DNA of 63,263 nucleotides from a virus (taxonomy: Duplodnaviria; Caudoviricetes). The stretch spans positions 1-63,263 of the IMG/VR virus record IMGVR_UViG_3300011334_000158; one strand, written 5' to 3'. Below, piece by piece: positions 35,441 to 46,317 of this stretch. The notes under the pieces were generated by a model that saw only the letters and a list, made by a program, of their open reading frames with translations, ran no database searches and had not been told where the DNA came from. A program made the position numbers and the translations under genes. Position 1 is the stretch's first letter; the number at the start of each line of letters is the position of its first letter.

Positions 35441-37221
35441 AGGCATCTGATTACATCTGCTCTAGGATTAAGGATCTGACAGGAACAGATACCGTATTCC
35501 TGCTATCCGGCGGGGGCATGATGCACCTATTGGATAGCGTTGGCAAAACAGAAGGACTGAACTACATGCACTTGCATCATGAGCAGTCTTGCGGGTTTGC
35601 TGCGTATGCTTACGGCAGGGCTATCAACTCTGTCGGCGTAGCTTTCGTTACCTCTGGACCTGGTGGAACTAATGCCATCACAGCGGTAGCCTCTGCCTTT
35701 GCCGACAGCGTTCCACTGCTAATTATCTCTGGCAACATTACTCAGACTTTTTCTGCCCATGGCTTGGGGCTGCGGATACGTGGCTTCCAAGAGCTGGACA
35801 TCATAGAAGTAGTTAAGCCGATTACGAAGTATGCCAAGTTCATCAACAGACCAGAAGATGTTAGGCACGAGCTGGAAAAGGCTGTGTTCATGGCTAAGGA
35901 CGGGCGGCCTGGACCCGTATGGCTAGACATCCCGCTAGACGTACAGTGTGCAGATATAGTGCCAGACTCTCTGTACCCATTTAATGGATTTAGTTCTAAC
36001 GCTGCACCGAAAGATGAGCTAGTCGATTCTATTCTGGAGAAGTTACGTAGCGCCGAGCGCCCGTTGATTTTGTTTGGCAACGGTGTGTATACCAGCGGCG
36101 CTAAGTGGGCAGCTAGAGACTTGGCTCAGATGATGAACATCCCAGTACAGACTACATGGGGCGCAGTAGATCTGATCCCTGAGAGCTACGACAATTACTT
36201 TGGTAGGTCTAACTCTTTTGGGCCACGATACCCCAACATCATTATCCAGAATGCAGATTACATCCTGTCTCTGGGTGCAAGACTAGGCGTTCAACATACC
36301 AGCCACAACATAGAAACATTTGCCAGAGAGTCATTCATAGACATGGTTGACCTTGATCCGGCAGAAGCACACAAGCCAGGATTAAAGGTAGGCAGGTTCT
36401 CACGAGTATGTGCCAATAAATTAATTAACAAACTGTTAGAAACAGAGCAGAAGATACAAGCGCCTAAACGATGGCTGACTTATTGCGGGGCGGTCAAGAA
36501 CAGATTCCCCGTGGCTCCTAAATATGATGAAGTTAAGAACAACAAATATGTTGATCCTTATTATTTCTATGCAGAGTTAGGCCGTCAATTACCAGAAAAT
36601 GCTGTATTAACTCCTACCGGATCAGGCCAAGCATTTATCGTCGGGCATCAGGTATTGGAGATAAAAGAATCAACAAGGATGTTTGGCGCTAAGAATCTAG
36701 CCATGATGGGTTCCTGTTTACCGTCAGCTATCGGGGCATACATGGCTACTAGAAAACCTATCATCTGCGTGACCGGCGATGGCGGCATCCAACTTAACAT
36801 CCAAGAGTTGGCAATCATCCAGCACCACAGACTGCCTATAAAAATCTTTGTCTTTAATAACGGTGGGTATCACGCTATCCGTATCACACAGGAAAAGTAT
36901 TTCAACAGCAGATACGTTGGCTCGACAGAAGATACAGGTGTACATATTCCAAGCTTTGAGAAGTTAGCGTTTGCTTACGATATTAAACATTCTGTAATTA
37001 ATAAAAACATTTGGGTTACACCTACGATTAGAAACTGTTTATCCAGCATGGAGCCAGAGATTATTGAGGTGATGCTTGACCCGCACAAACCACTAACTCC
37101 AAGTATTGGTTCATACATGCGCGAAGATGGATCGATGTCTTCGAGACCGCTAGAGGATATGGCTCCCCTGCTAGACAGAGAGGAGCTGCGCGGCATGATG
37201 TATATAGACTTGGTTGAATAA
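35437..37221 (+). CDS. ThDP-dependent acetolactate-synthase-like enzyme, YerE-like
   Basis: HHEQ, TSGPGGTN, GRPGPVWLDIPLD, GDGG..NN; adjacent to rfbH. Confidence 0.8.
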   Translation: MKASDYICSRIKDLTGTDTVFLLSGGGMMHLLDSVGKTEGLNYMHLHHEQSCGFAAYAYGRAINSVGVAFVTSGPGGTNAITAVASAFADSVPLLIISGNITQTFSAHGLGLRIRGFQELDIIEVVKPITKYAKFINRPEDVRHELEKAVFMAKDGRPGPVWLDIPLDVQCADIVPDSLYPFNGFSSNAAPKDELVDSILEKLRSAERPLILFGNGVYTSGAKWAARDLAQMMNIPVQTTWGAVDLIPESYDNYFGRSNSFGPRYPNIIIQNADYILSLGARLGVQHTSHNIETFARESFIDMVDLDPAEAHKPGLKVGRFSRVCANKLINKLLETEQKIQAPKRWLTYCGAVKNRFPVAPKYDEVKNNKYVDPYYFYAELGRQLPENAVLTPTGSGQAFIVGHQVLEIKESTRMFGAKNLAMMGSCLPSAIGAYMATRKPIICVTGDGGIQLNIQELAIIQHHRLPIKIFVFNNGGYHAIRITQEKYFNSRYVGSTEDTGVHIPSFEKLAFAYDIKHSVINKNIWVTPTIRNCLSSMEPEIIEVMLDPHKPLTPSIGSYMREDGSMSSRPLEDMAPLLDREELRGMMYIDLVE

Positions 37222-37229
37222 GGACAACT

Positions 37230-38141
37230 ATGAAAATTGCCATACTAGGGGCTACCAGTCAGATAGCTAAAGATTTGATTCTGTCGTTTAGTGACGAACA
37301 TCATCTGTCTTTATTCTCCCGCAAGATTAGTGACGTCACAGTTTGGATGCTAGAAAACAACCTGCGGAACTTTACGTCTAACAGTTACTTTGAGTTTAAA
37401 AATCTCAAGGATGTAGATGTCATTATTAACTTTGTTGGCGCAGGTAGCCCAGAACTAATAATGAAATTGGGTGAGAGGATATTTGATATCACCGAGTCAT
37501 TCGACAAGATGGCAATGGATTACGTAGAAAGAAACCATGACTGTAAATACATCTTTATCTCAAGCGGTGCTGTCTTTGGAGACAATTTCCACACACCGGC
37601 GGACGCAGAAAAAAACTCCGTATTTCCTATCAATAACCTTCAGCCACACCACTACTACGGTTATGCCAAGGCCATGGCTGAAGTGCGGCACAGGATATCC
37701 CCCCGCACCATCTTTGACCTTCGCGTGTTCAGTTACTTCAGCCCTACGGTAAACATAAACAAACGGTTCATGCTTAACGATATGATCCGCGCTATCAAAG
37801 ATAAGTCTGTATTTAAGATAGACCGAACGCAAGTAATCAGGGATTACATTGGCCCGCTAGATTTCTATCAGATGATTAACGTACTTATGCGTCAAGACAA
37901 AATGAATACTGCTGTAGATATATACAGCCGCCAGCCAATCTCCAAAGATAGCCTAGTAAGCGCCATGGTAGAACGCTATGGGTTGCAGTATGAAACTATT
38001 AACTCACCGATAGGTATACATTCTACAGGCATGAAACCTAAATACTATTCTGTAAATACGGCTGCTTACGCCTTGGGATATAAGCCAACCTTATCTTCCC
38101 TTGAGAATATTTATTTGGGCGTTGATAAAATACTTAAATGA
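37230..38141 (+). CDS. NAD-dependent epimerase/reductase (extended SDR)
   Basis: ILGATSQIA, FISSGAV, YGYAK (YxxxK), RDYI. Confidence 0.85.
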   Translation: MKIAILGATSQIAKDLILSFSDEHHLSLFSRKISDVTVWMLENNLRNFTSNSYFEFKNLKDVDVIINFVGAGSPELIMKLGERIFDITESFDKMAMDYVERNHDCKYIFISSGAVFGDNFHTPADAEKNSVFPINNLQPHHYYGYAKAMAEVRHRISPRTIFDLRVFSYFSPTVNINKRFMLNDMIRAIKDKSVFKIDRTQVIRDYIGPLDFYQMINVLMRQDKMNTAVDIYSRQPISKDSLVSAMVERYGLQYETINSPIGIHSTGMKPKYYSVNTAAYALGYKPTLSSLENIYLGVDKILK

Positions 38142-38320
38142 GCTTGTGGCGAAAACGAATGAACTATGACCGCAAATACTGCGCGCACTGCAATACTTTT
38201 AAACCACCAGATGGTGGAGGTATGAAGCAGACTAGAGGCAGCCCACGCTGGGTTTGTAAAGAATGTTTAGCCAGAATAGAAGCGAGGAAGAAAAATAATG
38301 TGGTGTCCATCGTGCGATAG
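38138..38320 (+). CDS. Small Zn-finger protein
   Basis: CAHC..WVCKEC. Confidence 0.55.
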   Translation: MSLWRKRMNYDRKYCAHCNTFKPPDGGGMKQTRGSPRWVCKECLARIEARKKNNVVSIVR

Positions 38321-38495
38321 TCTTACCAAGGTTACAGACACGCGCAAATACAGAGATATAACAAATACGTTTGACTTTGTTCAACGACAGCGTGTGTGCA
38401 AGGAATGTAATCACAAGTTTTCATCTATAGAAATCCCACAAGAAGTTTGGGATAAAACTTACAAACTGCCAAAAAGATACCGTGAAGAAAGTTAA
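38298..38495 (+). CDS. NrdR-like Zn-ribbon protein
   Basis: MWCPSC...KVTDTR...RQRVCKECNHKFSSIE. Confidence 0.7.
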   Translation: MWCPSCDSLTKVTDTRKYRDITNTFDFVQRQRVCKECNHKFSSIEIPQEVWDKTYKLPKRYREES

Positions 38496-38772
38496 AGAGT
38501 ATATGAACGAAGTAGCCGGCATAGGGTGCGTGATGTGTCACCACCTTGGGAACGGGTACTCGCCTGCCGTTCTCCACCATCCCCGCGACGCAGTGGGTGG
38601 GGCGCAGCGGGCGTCAGATTGGCTGGTGATTCCCCTCTGTCCTGAACACCATGTTGGAAAGTCAGGTTACCATGGGTTAGGTAGCAGAGGGTTTTATACA
38701 AGGTATAAGCTAACAGAATGGGACTTGATGGCAATGACCATAGAGATTCTCCATAACACTAGCGTTGACTGA
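38482..38772 (+). CDS. Ref/DUF968-like HNH nuclease
   Basis: GCVMC..LHH..IPLCPEHH..GYH. Confidence 0.7.
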   Translation: MKKVKEYMNEVAGIGCVMCHHLGNGYSPAVLHHPRDAVGGAQRASDWLVIPLCPEHHVGKSGYHGLGSRGFYTRYKLTEWDLMAMTIEILHNTSVD

Positions 38773-41700
38773 GCGCCTTGCGGGCGTCTTCCATTTGTTC
38801 TGCAATCTGACCGATCAATATCTTTAGTCGGTCAATCTCTTCTTTCTTTTGAGCGCCAGACATATTTTCATCTGCACGAATATGCAAGATTACTTGCCGC
38901 ACTTTTGACATGTCCTTTGACGCCTTGTCGTAGAACTTAGCCATAGCAATCTGGTCACCCTTTTCCTGCATTATCTTCTGGGCTTTTTCCGTCTCGCCTA
39001 TTTCTGCGTAGTGGCGCATGTCAGCATAAGCCTGGCTAATCTCTTTGTTGTTCTCGTAGAACGCTGTTACGTATTTAGACTGAGAAGTCGGGAGTGATTT
39101 AACAAACCCTAACGACATAGTTTCTGCCCAGTTTTGGTCTGGGTAAGCAGACTTAGAAAACGGCATGACAGCATAGTGAGACGTAGCAGAAGCAGTACCG
39201 CCTAGCCATCCAAAGTAGGACTTGATAGCGTAGTCTGTCTGTACAGGAGATACTTCTGCGCTCTCAGGTAAGAACACATTTGTTACTTTTGATAGGGCTA
39301 TAGCCAGCGGGCTAGTTTTCTCTGCTATACGTTGCTCTTTCGATAGACGTTCCATACCTGCTGTCTCGATAGGCGCACCAGTAAAGCTGTCCTTGTTGGC
39401 GTACAAATCTATCAAAGGTCGAATCATTTGTGGCACAGGATTAATAGCAAACGTATCTGTCAACATACGCTTTAAGCTTTTCTCAAAAGTCTTTCCTTCT
39501 GCGCTCTTGTCCATAATCTGCTCGGCAGTTCTTTCTGCTATGGTGCCAAACGCGCCAATCTCAAACGGCTTAGGAACGCGGATAGCAGTCTCCATGCCCG
39601 GCAGCCTGAACCACCAGAAGTTATCCCTATCCCACTCTTCACGTTTCTTAAACTCTTCATCATCTTTAAATGCCATGTACAGCATCAAAGAAGCTAAAGC
39701 TACAGCAGTCATAACAGTAGAGAACTGTTGAGCTTTCTGTTTGTCGGTTAGTTCAATAGGTTTGCCTGTTACTGAGTTATAGATAACACGAACGGTAGGA
39801 TTAAGACCGTCTCTACCCAGTTTGTACAGACCTTGTACGCGTGCGTTTAAGAACGGCACCACTTGAGTAACCATACGCATAGCAGGCCACGAACCCTGCA
39901 TAGAGAAGTCCAACATGTCTCTGGCATAGAAAGATGCCTGTAGATGATTCATGTTTTTTTCGCGTAGCTGGGTGTACAACGCCATGCGGTTAGCAGATTC
40001 AGACTTGTTACCAAACTCTTGGTAGGCATCCCACATCTTTGCTAATCCAGCTTTAATCTTCTCTGGTGTATCAAGAATGTCGCCTTCTTTTACGCCCATT
40101 TTGATTAATCGACGGATCATCTTTGCCTGGTCGCCTTCGTAGGCAGAGCCAAAGTTAAAGATAGCGCCGCCAGCAAGAGCAGATATGTGCGCAGGATTAT
40201 TGCGGTCAGATTCAGCCCAACCTTTGACCACGTTAGCCCATGGCTGTTTCTTTAAGTCACTCACAGCCATAGCAGCTATAGAGTCACGGAACAAGTTACG
40301 CACCTTAAACGCTGGACTGATAGTCACGCCAAATTGAAGCATGTTCTTAAAGTCACGAGCAACGTCCAAGAACTTAGACTTTGGCCCCATGTACCCGATA
40401 GATGCAATAGCTTCCATCAGCAGTTGATCTTCTACTTTGAAGTACGTAGGTTGACCGCCAATCATAATCTTGGATATACCTTTACCCTCGGATGTAGTCA
40501 TCTCTGGGATAAGTTTGCCATCGCCGTTAGCTAGGCCTTCGTACAAACCTTCTATCAGTCTGTCTTTCTCTGAGTTGCTTATGTCTGTGCGCTCTTTAAC
40601 AGCATCAACATACGGCTTCATCAAGCGGAATATCTTTGCTTTTTTCTGCGACTCATTTAATTCATCGTTGTCGTTAATCCTATCTATGATGCCCATACGT
40701 CTGGTGGCATATACCTTGCCGTCTTGCCAGCCGAGATCGGATTTTAGATTGGGATACGCACCGCCTTGTTCTACGGCAGCCTGCATAGTCGCGCCAGCAG
40801 CGGCGTTCTTTTGCGATGCGGATAGGATATGGCTCCAGTTGCGTAGCGTGTTCTCCATCAGATCGCCAAACGGTTTCTCACCACCCTTCAAAGCTTTTGA
40901 CATGTACTGATTTACCAGACCAGACTTGGTAGCCGCAGCCTGGACGTCGCCATTCTCTTCCATCACCTTGTAAAACGGGATGTAATTAATGTCGCGCGAG
41001 AATATAGCAAACGCTTTCTTGTCTATCAGACCTTGCCTGTAAGCAATACGCAATACAGAACGGTTAAGTAAATTTAATTCTTTCTGAACTTTTTCGTATT
41101 CTTCTAAACGGTTTTTTCCGTTAGGCATAGTGCCGTCAGACAGCACTTTGCGTTGAGCAACCAGACCTTGAGAAATAGATGGAGCGCGGTTTTTTGCCGC
41201 TAACTCTGCATCACGGCTCATAGCCTGCCAGATCATGAAGGTATCAACCTCTTCACCTAACGGCTTAAATATATCTAACAGACCTTTGCTGTTTGGTTTG
41301 ATGTTGAGAGCGCCGTTGTCTAGCGTAACCTGACCAAAAAACATCAATCCTTCTAGCGCGCCATCCACCGTCTTAGACATACGTGCAAGCATGTAAGCTT
41401 CTTCACTGTAGTCTTTGATAGAACGATACTGGTCTGCGATACCCTGGGCTAACCGCTTCCAGAAAGTTGGACGCATGTCATCTATCTTCTTAAAGATATT
41501 TTTACCCTGCGGATAGAAGATAGGGTTGATGCCATCCCAGAAATTATCTGGTACGTGTTCAAATCCTTTAGGTTTAGTCTTCGGTGGACCGTCTACTAGG
41601 CGCTGCCATTTCTCTTCAAGGAATGTATTGATATTGCTGTCTTTGCCAACTTCTTCTTTTGATGTAAATGCCTGCGCCGGACTCATCATTTTTTCCGGCG

Positions 41701-44700
41701 AACGACTACCAAGAATTGTTCCTGCTGTTTGAGCAAGTTCTTCTGTTTTTTCTATAGGCTCAGTTATTAATTGTTCTGTTGTATATGCAACGCTTTCAAG
41801 AGCAGTTTGATATTGTTCTTTCATTCCCAATAATTTGCGAAGTACGTCAACAAATTTTGAAAATACATTTTGATCGCCAACTTTTATAGTTGACAAATAG
41901 TTTTGATAATCTTCATCTGTTAATCCCCAGCTTACTATTTCTTTAATGTTCTTTCTTGGACCCCAAATTTTGTATGATCTTGGTGCATTAAATTTAACAT
42001 CAGTCATTCTTCTTATAAATGGATGATCTTTACCAGCTTTGATGTCTTTTTCTATTTGATCATTAACAATATCTAAAATGCGCTGTAATTCTTTTACTCG
42101 CGTATCTGATTCTGGCAACAAATTTAATTGTACTTGAGTAACAACATGCAATAATTCGTGCATGATTGTTCTGTAATTTGTTCCAGCTTCTTGAGGATTA
42201 TCATTATTTTTTTCTAGTACGCCCCTTGTTCCTATTGGCGAATTAAGACTTACAACAAAAGAAATGCCATTGTCGGCTGGAATTATTCTTGAAGAACCAA
42301 ACTCTCCTTTTTTTCTTGCAGTTCCTTTTTTTATTTCCAAAGTCATGCTGACATTGCGGTCGGAATATTCGTTAATGCGAGTTGTTATGGCTTCTGCTAT
42401 AGCTTTAGCTGCACTGTTAGGTGCGTTATTAATTAACCATTGAGATAATTGTGGAATACTAAAACCAGTTATTTCTCTAGTTATTTCAGATGGTTTTTTA
42501 TCTATAGCAAAAGAAATTTTTTCTGGTATTTCTGGTTTTTCTTCTACGATAGGAGCTTTGGTAGTTGGCTCTAATCGAAGAACAGCAAACACATCTTCTA
42601 GTGGGCGACTAACGGCAACATTGCCAAACATATCTGGCTCTGCGGTTGCTTGTTCTGATGCCTTGGTTGCTTCTGCCGCCAATGTTGTCAACGAATCACC
42701 TATCCTGCGAGGTGCATTTTTGTTGGCAGCAAACATGCTGACTATTTCACGAGTCAAAGGATCTAACTCAATATCACCCTGCTCTATAAACTCAGCCAAA
42801 TCTTTGTTTTGACGACGAGCATTTACAGCCATCTCAGCAGCTTTAGTAACATAGCTGCGGATATCGTAATCACCAGCCTCACTTAAGTTGGACATAGCAG
42901 GTGCAGCTATAGCCATTCCTTTTAGAATCTGTTGTGCTTCTGGATCAGTTGTCTCAGCAAACAAATCTATCAACGCATCATTTTCATAAGCGCGGGCAAA
43001 TAGCGCGTTTGATAAACGAATTTTAGCTGCCGGATTAGGTTGTCCTGATTTATTGATAAGTTCTGCCTGCTCTTCTTTAGGCATAGTTGCAACAAATTGC
43101 CGCAACGAACGGATACTTGGGGATCCATCTGCCAAAAACTCAATGCCTTGTAGATCAAATCTTCCCATATCAACTTTAGCTTGCTCGGTCGGAGACATGC
43201 CTAGTTGTTGTCGAACATTACTAATGTCTGCAATGTTTGGCACTAATGAAGACTTGGGCATAATGCGCACAAGCACCGGTTGTTCAATAGATGAAATAAC
43301 GCTTGCATCAATACCATGTTCAGTATCTTGTAAAAGCGGATTAACATAGTCGCTATATGGGCCAATAGCGTACAGTTTTTGTAAACCAGCTACACGACCG
43401 TTGCCAGCCACAGGTCGAATACCTTCAAATGTAGGGTCTGCATATTCCACAACAGTGCTGCCATCTGCTCGATTGCTAGGCGTAATTTCACGAGCATCTA
43501 CCACGGCGTATTGAATTGGAAATTTACTACCATCGGATGCTGATACTGTATCTATTCTGCCTAATGCTTCTTCTGGAATTTGTACATCACTGATGACTAC
43601 GGGTGCGCCAGCTCCAAACTCTCTAGATACAGACAATTTATTGTAATCAGGCCTGTTGGCAATATCATTCATTTGCCCAATTGAATTAGGCCTTGACCTA
43701 TCACGGTTTTGTATATCCGCAAAAGACAAACCAAAATCTTCTGGTTTGCCCTCATAATAATTTTGCATAGCAACCACAGCCTCTTCTGGTGGCTTTGGCG
43801 CTTCTGATAATTTTGGTACTGGAGCAACAGGAGGAGTCTCAACGCTAATTGGTTTTTCAAGTGGTTTCTCTGGTGGTGCTTCCGGTGGGGCAGCTTGCTC
43901 ACCCCTTTGCAGCGCGCCAGATATACCGCCCATGCCTACACCGCCTACCGCAGCCATACCAGCAGTCTGACCCAAGCCAGTAGTTAAATCATAGTCTGGG
44001 CGCTCTTGTGCCATGGCTACGTTCTGTAGCAACTTACCGCCAGTCTCTTCTGTTATCTCACTACCAGCTTCACCAGCAGCGCCGGTAGCAGCACGACCTA
44101 ACCTGCCTGCTTTAGCAAGTATTCCTGTGGCAGCCTTGCCTTCTACGCCAGCCATAGCTTCTTCAATAGCACGAGCGCCCGGCAGTCTTTGTGCCAGTAC
44201 AGAGATAACCGCAGCACCAGCACCAGTAGCACGAGCATAGCCTAGTGCCCTACCAGCAGCCTCGCCATCTGACATGCCTTTATCTTTTAGCTCTTTGTAT
44301 AGCTCTTCGTATGACTGGGCACCGATATCCGCGCCTTGTTGGACAGCGCCCGTACCAATAGCACCTCTAACAGCCTGCGCTCCCATACCGGCAGCTTTAA
44401 GGCCGCGAGCAACACCAAGACCAGGAATAAGATTAGGCGCTTGTTCTGCTATAAAATTGGTGAGGAGAGCTGGATCTTTAATAGTCTCCATAAATGCAGT
44501 AACACCAGCAGATATCTGACCTTCTTTTTCTGCGGCTGAAATCTTAGCTGAACGCTCTACTTCCCTGCGTTTCAACTCTTCTGACTTCATAGACTCGCCG
44601 TATTCGCGCATCTCGCGCCCGACTTTAGTCAATCCAGTATCAGAGAAGTCACCAGTAGCTAGGCCATATATTTGACCTGGCAATTGCGTAAGGGCGCCAA

Positions 44701-44899
44701 CGCCAGATACCACGCCAGCGCCAACATCTTTGGCTGCCTCGCCCATGGTGCGTTCTTTAGTAGCGGCAGGAGCGGTAGGGGCTGCTGGCTGCGAAACCAT
44801 AGCAGACTTGAGAGCATCAGCCAAAGCCTGAGCGGCCTGTTTATCTCCCGCGTTATGCGCGTTTAGGAAGGCGCGTTCAAGCTCCTGTACTGTTGCCAT
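38759..44899 (-). CDS. Large polyvalent / ejection protein (ddrB-ParB-like, HExxH zincin, LPD38-like C-terminus)
   Basis: 2046 aa; QNRDR..YAVVDA..AGNGR; HELLH; FWWFR..RVPKPFEIG..NKDSFTGAPI. Confidence 0.7.
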   Translation of the reverse strand: MATVQELERAFLNAHNAGDKQAAQALADALKSAMVSQPAAPTAPAATKERTMGEAAKDVGAGVVSGVGALTQLPGQIYGLATGDFSDTGLTKVGREMREYGESMKSEELKRREVERSAKISAAEKEGQISAGVTAFMETIKDPALLTNFIAEQAPNLIPGLGVARGLKAAGMGAQAVRGAIGTGAVQQGADIGAQSYEELYKELKDKGMSDGEAAGRALGYARATGAGAAVISVLAQRLPGARAIEEAMAGVEGKAATGILAKAGRLGRAATGAAGEAGSEITEETGGKLLQNVAMAQERPDYDLTTGLGQTAGMAAVGGVGMGGISGALQRGEQAAPPEAPPEKPLEKPISVETPPVAPVPKLSEAPKPPEEAVVAMQNYYEGKPEDFGLSFADIQNRDRSRPNSIGQMNDIANRPDYNKLSVSREFGAGAPVVISDVQIPEEALGRIDTVSASDGSKFPIQYAVVDAREITPSNRADGSTVVEYADPTFEGIRPVAGNGRVAGLQKLYAIGPYSDYVNPLLQDTEHGIDASVISSIEQPVLVRIMPKSSLVPNIADISNVRQQLGMSPTEQAKVDMGRFDLQGIEFLADGSPSIRSLRQFVATMPKEEQAELINKSGQPNPAAKIRLSNALFARAYENDALIDLFAETTDPEAQQILKGMAIAAPAMSNLSEAGDYDIRSYVTKAAEMAVNARRQNKDLAEFIEQGDIELDPLTREIVSMFAANKNAPRRIGDSLTTLAAEATKASEQATAEPDMFGNVAVSRPLEDVFAVLRLEPTTKAPIVEEKPEIPEKISFAIDKKPSEITREITGFSIPQLSQWLINNAPNSAAKAIAEAITTRINEYSDRNVSMTLEIKKGTARKKGEFGSSRIIPADNGISFVVSLNSPIGTRGVLEKNNDNPQEAGTNYRTIMHELLHVVTQVQLNLLPESDTRVKELQRILDIVNDQIEKDIKAGKDHPFIRRMTDVKFNAPRSYKIWGPRKNIKEIVSWGLTDEDYQNYLSTIKVGDQNVFSKFVDVLRKLLGMKEQYQTALESVAYTTEQLITEPIEKTEELAQTAGTILGSRSPEKMMSPAQAFTSKEEVGKDSNINTFLEEKWQRLVDGPPKTKPKGFEHVPDNFWDGINPIFYPQGKNIFKKIDDMRPTFWKRLAQGIADQYRSIKDYSEEAYMLARMSKTVDGALEGLMFFGQVTLDNGALNIKPNSKGLLDIFKPLGEEVDTFMIWQAMSRDAELAAKNRAPSISQGLVAQRKVLSDGTMPNGKNRLEEYEKVQKELNLLNRSVLRIAYRQGLIDKKAFAIFSRDINYIPFYKVMEENGDVQAAATKSGLVNQYMSKALKGGEKPFGDLMENTLRNWSHILSASQKNAAAGATMQAAVEQGGAYPNLKSDLGWQDGKVYATRRMGIIDRINDNDELNESQKKAKIFRLMKPYVDAVKERTDISNSEKDRLIEGLYEGLANGDGKLIPEMTTSEGKGISKIMIGGQPTYFKVEDQLLMEAIASIGYMGPKSKFLDVARDFKNMLQFGVTISPAFKVRNLFRDSIAAMAVSDLKKQPWANVVKGWAESDRNNPAHISALAGGAIFNFGSAYEGDQAKMIRRLIKMGVKEGDILDTPEKIKAGLAKMWDAYQEFGNKSESANRMALYTQLREKNMNHLQASFYARDMLDFSMQGSWPAMRMVTQVVPFLNARVQGLYKLGRDGLNPTVRVIYNSVTGKPIELTDKQKAQQFSTVMTAVALASLMLYMAFKDDEEFKKREEWDRDNFWWFRLPGMETAIRVPKPFEIGAFGTIAERTAEQIMDKSAEGKTFEKSLKRMLTDTFAINPVPQMIRPLIDLYANKDSFTGAPIETAGMERLSKEQRIAEKTSPLAIALSKVTNVFLPESAEVSPVQTDYAIKSYFGWLGGTASATSHYAVMPFSKSAYPDQNWAETMSLGFVKSLPTSQSKYVTAFYENNKEISQAYADMRHYAEIGETEKAQKIMQEKGDQIAMAKFYDKASKDMSKVRQVILHIRADENMSGAQKKEEIDRLKILIGQIAEQMEDARKALSQR

Positions 44900-46315
44900 T
44901 TATTGTCCACCATATTGTTTCAATGCTGCCGCAGCTTCGGGACTAAGTTTAAATGGATTTGGAGTAGAAGATTGACCAGTCATACCGCTTCTCATCGGGT
45001 CTGATTGCATCATCTCTATAGCCATTCTTTTCTTCTCTTCTATAGACTTACTAGCGTTCATCACATCCGCGTTAACTATCTTCATAGCCTCTTCATACGA
45101 CATGATGTTCTGCGGTTTACCAGCACCACGTACACGCTCAACATCTCCCATAAACTTGTTAGCAGCTTCTGGGCCTTCTTTAGCAAGGATGTTATGATAT
45201 CTATTAAGTAAACGCTCAGTCTCGCCTGGTTTTCCAGCAGTAGCAGCATGGATCTGCGCAACCTTAATTGCATAGTCGCCGCTAGTTTTAGCAACTTCAA
45301 GAGATTTCTTGGCGTTCTCGTCAATACCGTATTGAGTAACAAATAGATCTGATGCTTTTTCGGATACTTTATTGTATTGCTCTGTTTGACGAATTTGTAA
45401 ATCATCCAATTTATCTTGTTTAGCTTGAACTCTACCAAGAGCCTTGCCTGACATATCGCGTTTGCTGCGATCTTCAGCCATCATAAGTTCGCGTTGAGTC
45501 TTCTTAATGTCTCTTTCTGTGTCACGTATTTCTTTTAAGCTTGCTCCATACTGGCTTAATGCTTGCTGCCCAGCCTCAGAAGCCACTTTAAATTCTTCCC
45601 CTCTGCGAGCGCCAAACAATTTAGTGCCGAATTGCATAATAGCCATAGCCTTTGCTTCTTCTCTTTGCTTGGCTAAGTCATCTTTGCGAGCGCCCTCTTC
45701 TTCGCTCATACGTTTGTACATGTTTGGATCAATGCCGGCTTCGCGTTCTGCTTCTCGCTGTAGCGCCATCTCAGATTTAATATCTGTTGGCTGTTGCTGC
45801 GCATACTCACGGAACTTAAATCCACCTGGTAAAGTTAGACTAGGGTTAGATGACATACCAGCAAGTGCCGCATCGGCAGAACGACTTGCCTGCATATATT
45901 CTTCTGGTGAGCCGCCATCTGCAAACGCAACTATCCCGCCGCCTGCCATATTTTGCAGGCCAGAATGTAACGATGCCACGCCATGGCTTTGCGGCAACAT
46001 ACCCATAAGACCGCCGCCCGCAGCCATCTGTGGAGGAGGCATTGGACCTGGAGGCATACCACCTGGTGGCATCTGACCTTGCGGCGGCATTGGTCCTTGA
46101 GCCATTTGTGGAGGGGCTAGTACATCTTCAGCTACGGTGGTCTGTGGTGGCTGCATGGCGGACTTGGCTATGCGGTCAATCATCATCCCAGCCATCACGG
46201 CTTTCTGAGGCTCTATTAACCCCATTTGTGCCATGCGCTGCAATTCTGTTTTGCTATGCTCAGTTGCAAGCTTACGGATTTCGTCTATCCGCATCCCCAA
46301 ATCATCGCGCTTCAT
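44900..46315 (-). CDS. Internal virion / ejection protein (putative)
   Basis: Helical, Q/M-rich; MAGGGIVAFADGG. Confidence 0.6.
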   Translation of the reverse strand: MKRDDLGMRIDEIRKLATEHSKTELQRMAQMGLIEPQKAVMAGMMIDRIAKSAMQPPQTTVAEDVLAPPQMAQGPMPPQGQMPPGGMPPGPMPPPQMAAGGGLMGMLPQSHGVASLHSGLQNMAGGGIVAFADGGSPEEYMQASRSADAALAGMSSNPSLTLPGGFKFREYAQQQPTDIKSEMALQREAEREAGIDPNMYKRMSEEEGARKDDLAKQREEAKAMAIMQFGTKLFGARRGEEFKVASEAGQQALSQYGASLKEIRDTERDIKKTQRELMMAEDRSKRDMSGKALGRVQAKQDKLDDLQIRQTEQYNKVSEKASDLFVTQYGIDENAKKSLEVAKTSGDYAIKVAQIHAATAGKPGETERLLNRYHNILAKEGPEAANKFMGDVERVRGAGKPQNIMSYEEAMKIVNADVMNASKSIEEKKRMAIEMMQSDPMRSGMTGQSSTPNPFKLSPEAAAALKQYGGQ

Positions 46316-46317
46316 GA

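Noticed and set aside
35437-37221. Acetolactate synthase as an amino-acid biosynthesis auxiliary gene
   Set aside because: It lies between rfbH and an SDR with no small subunit or ilvC, which favours a YerE-like sugar role.
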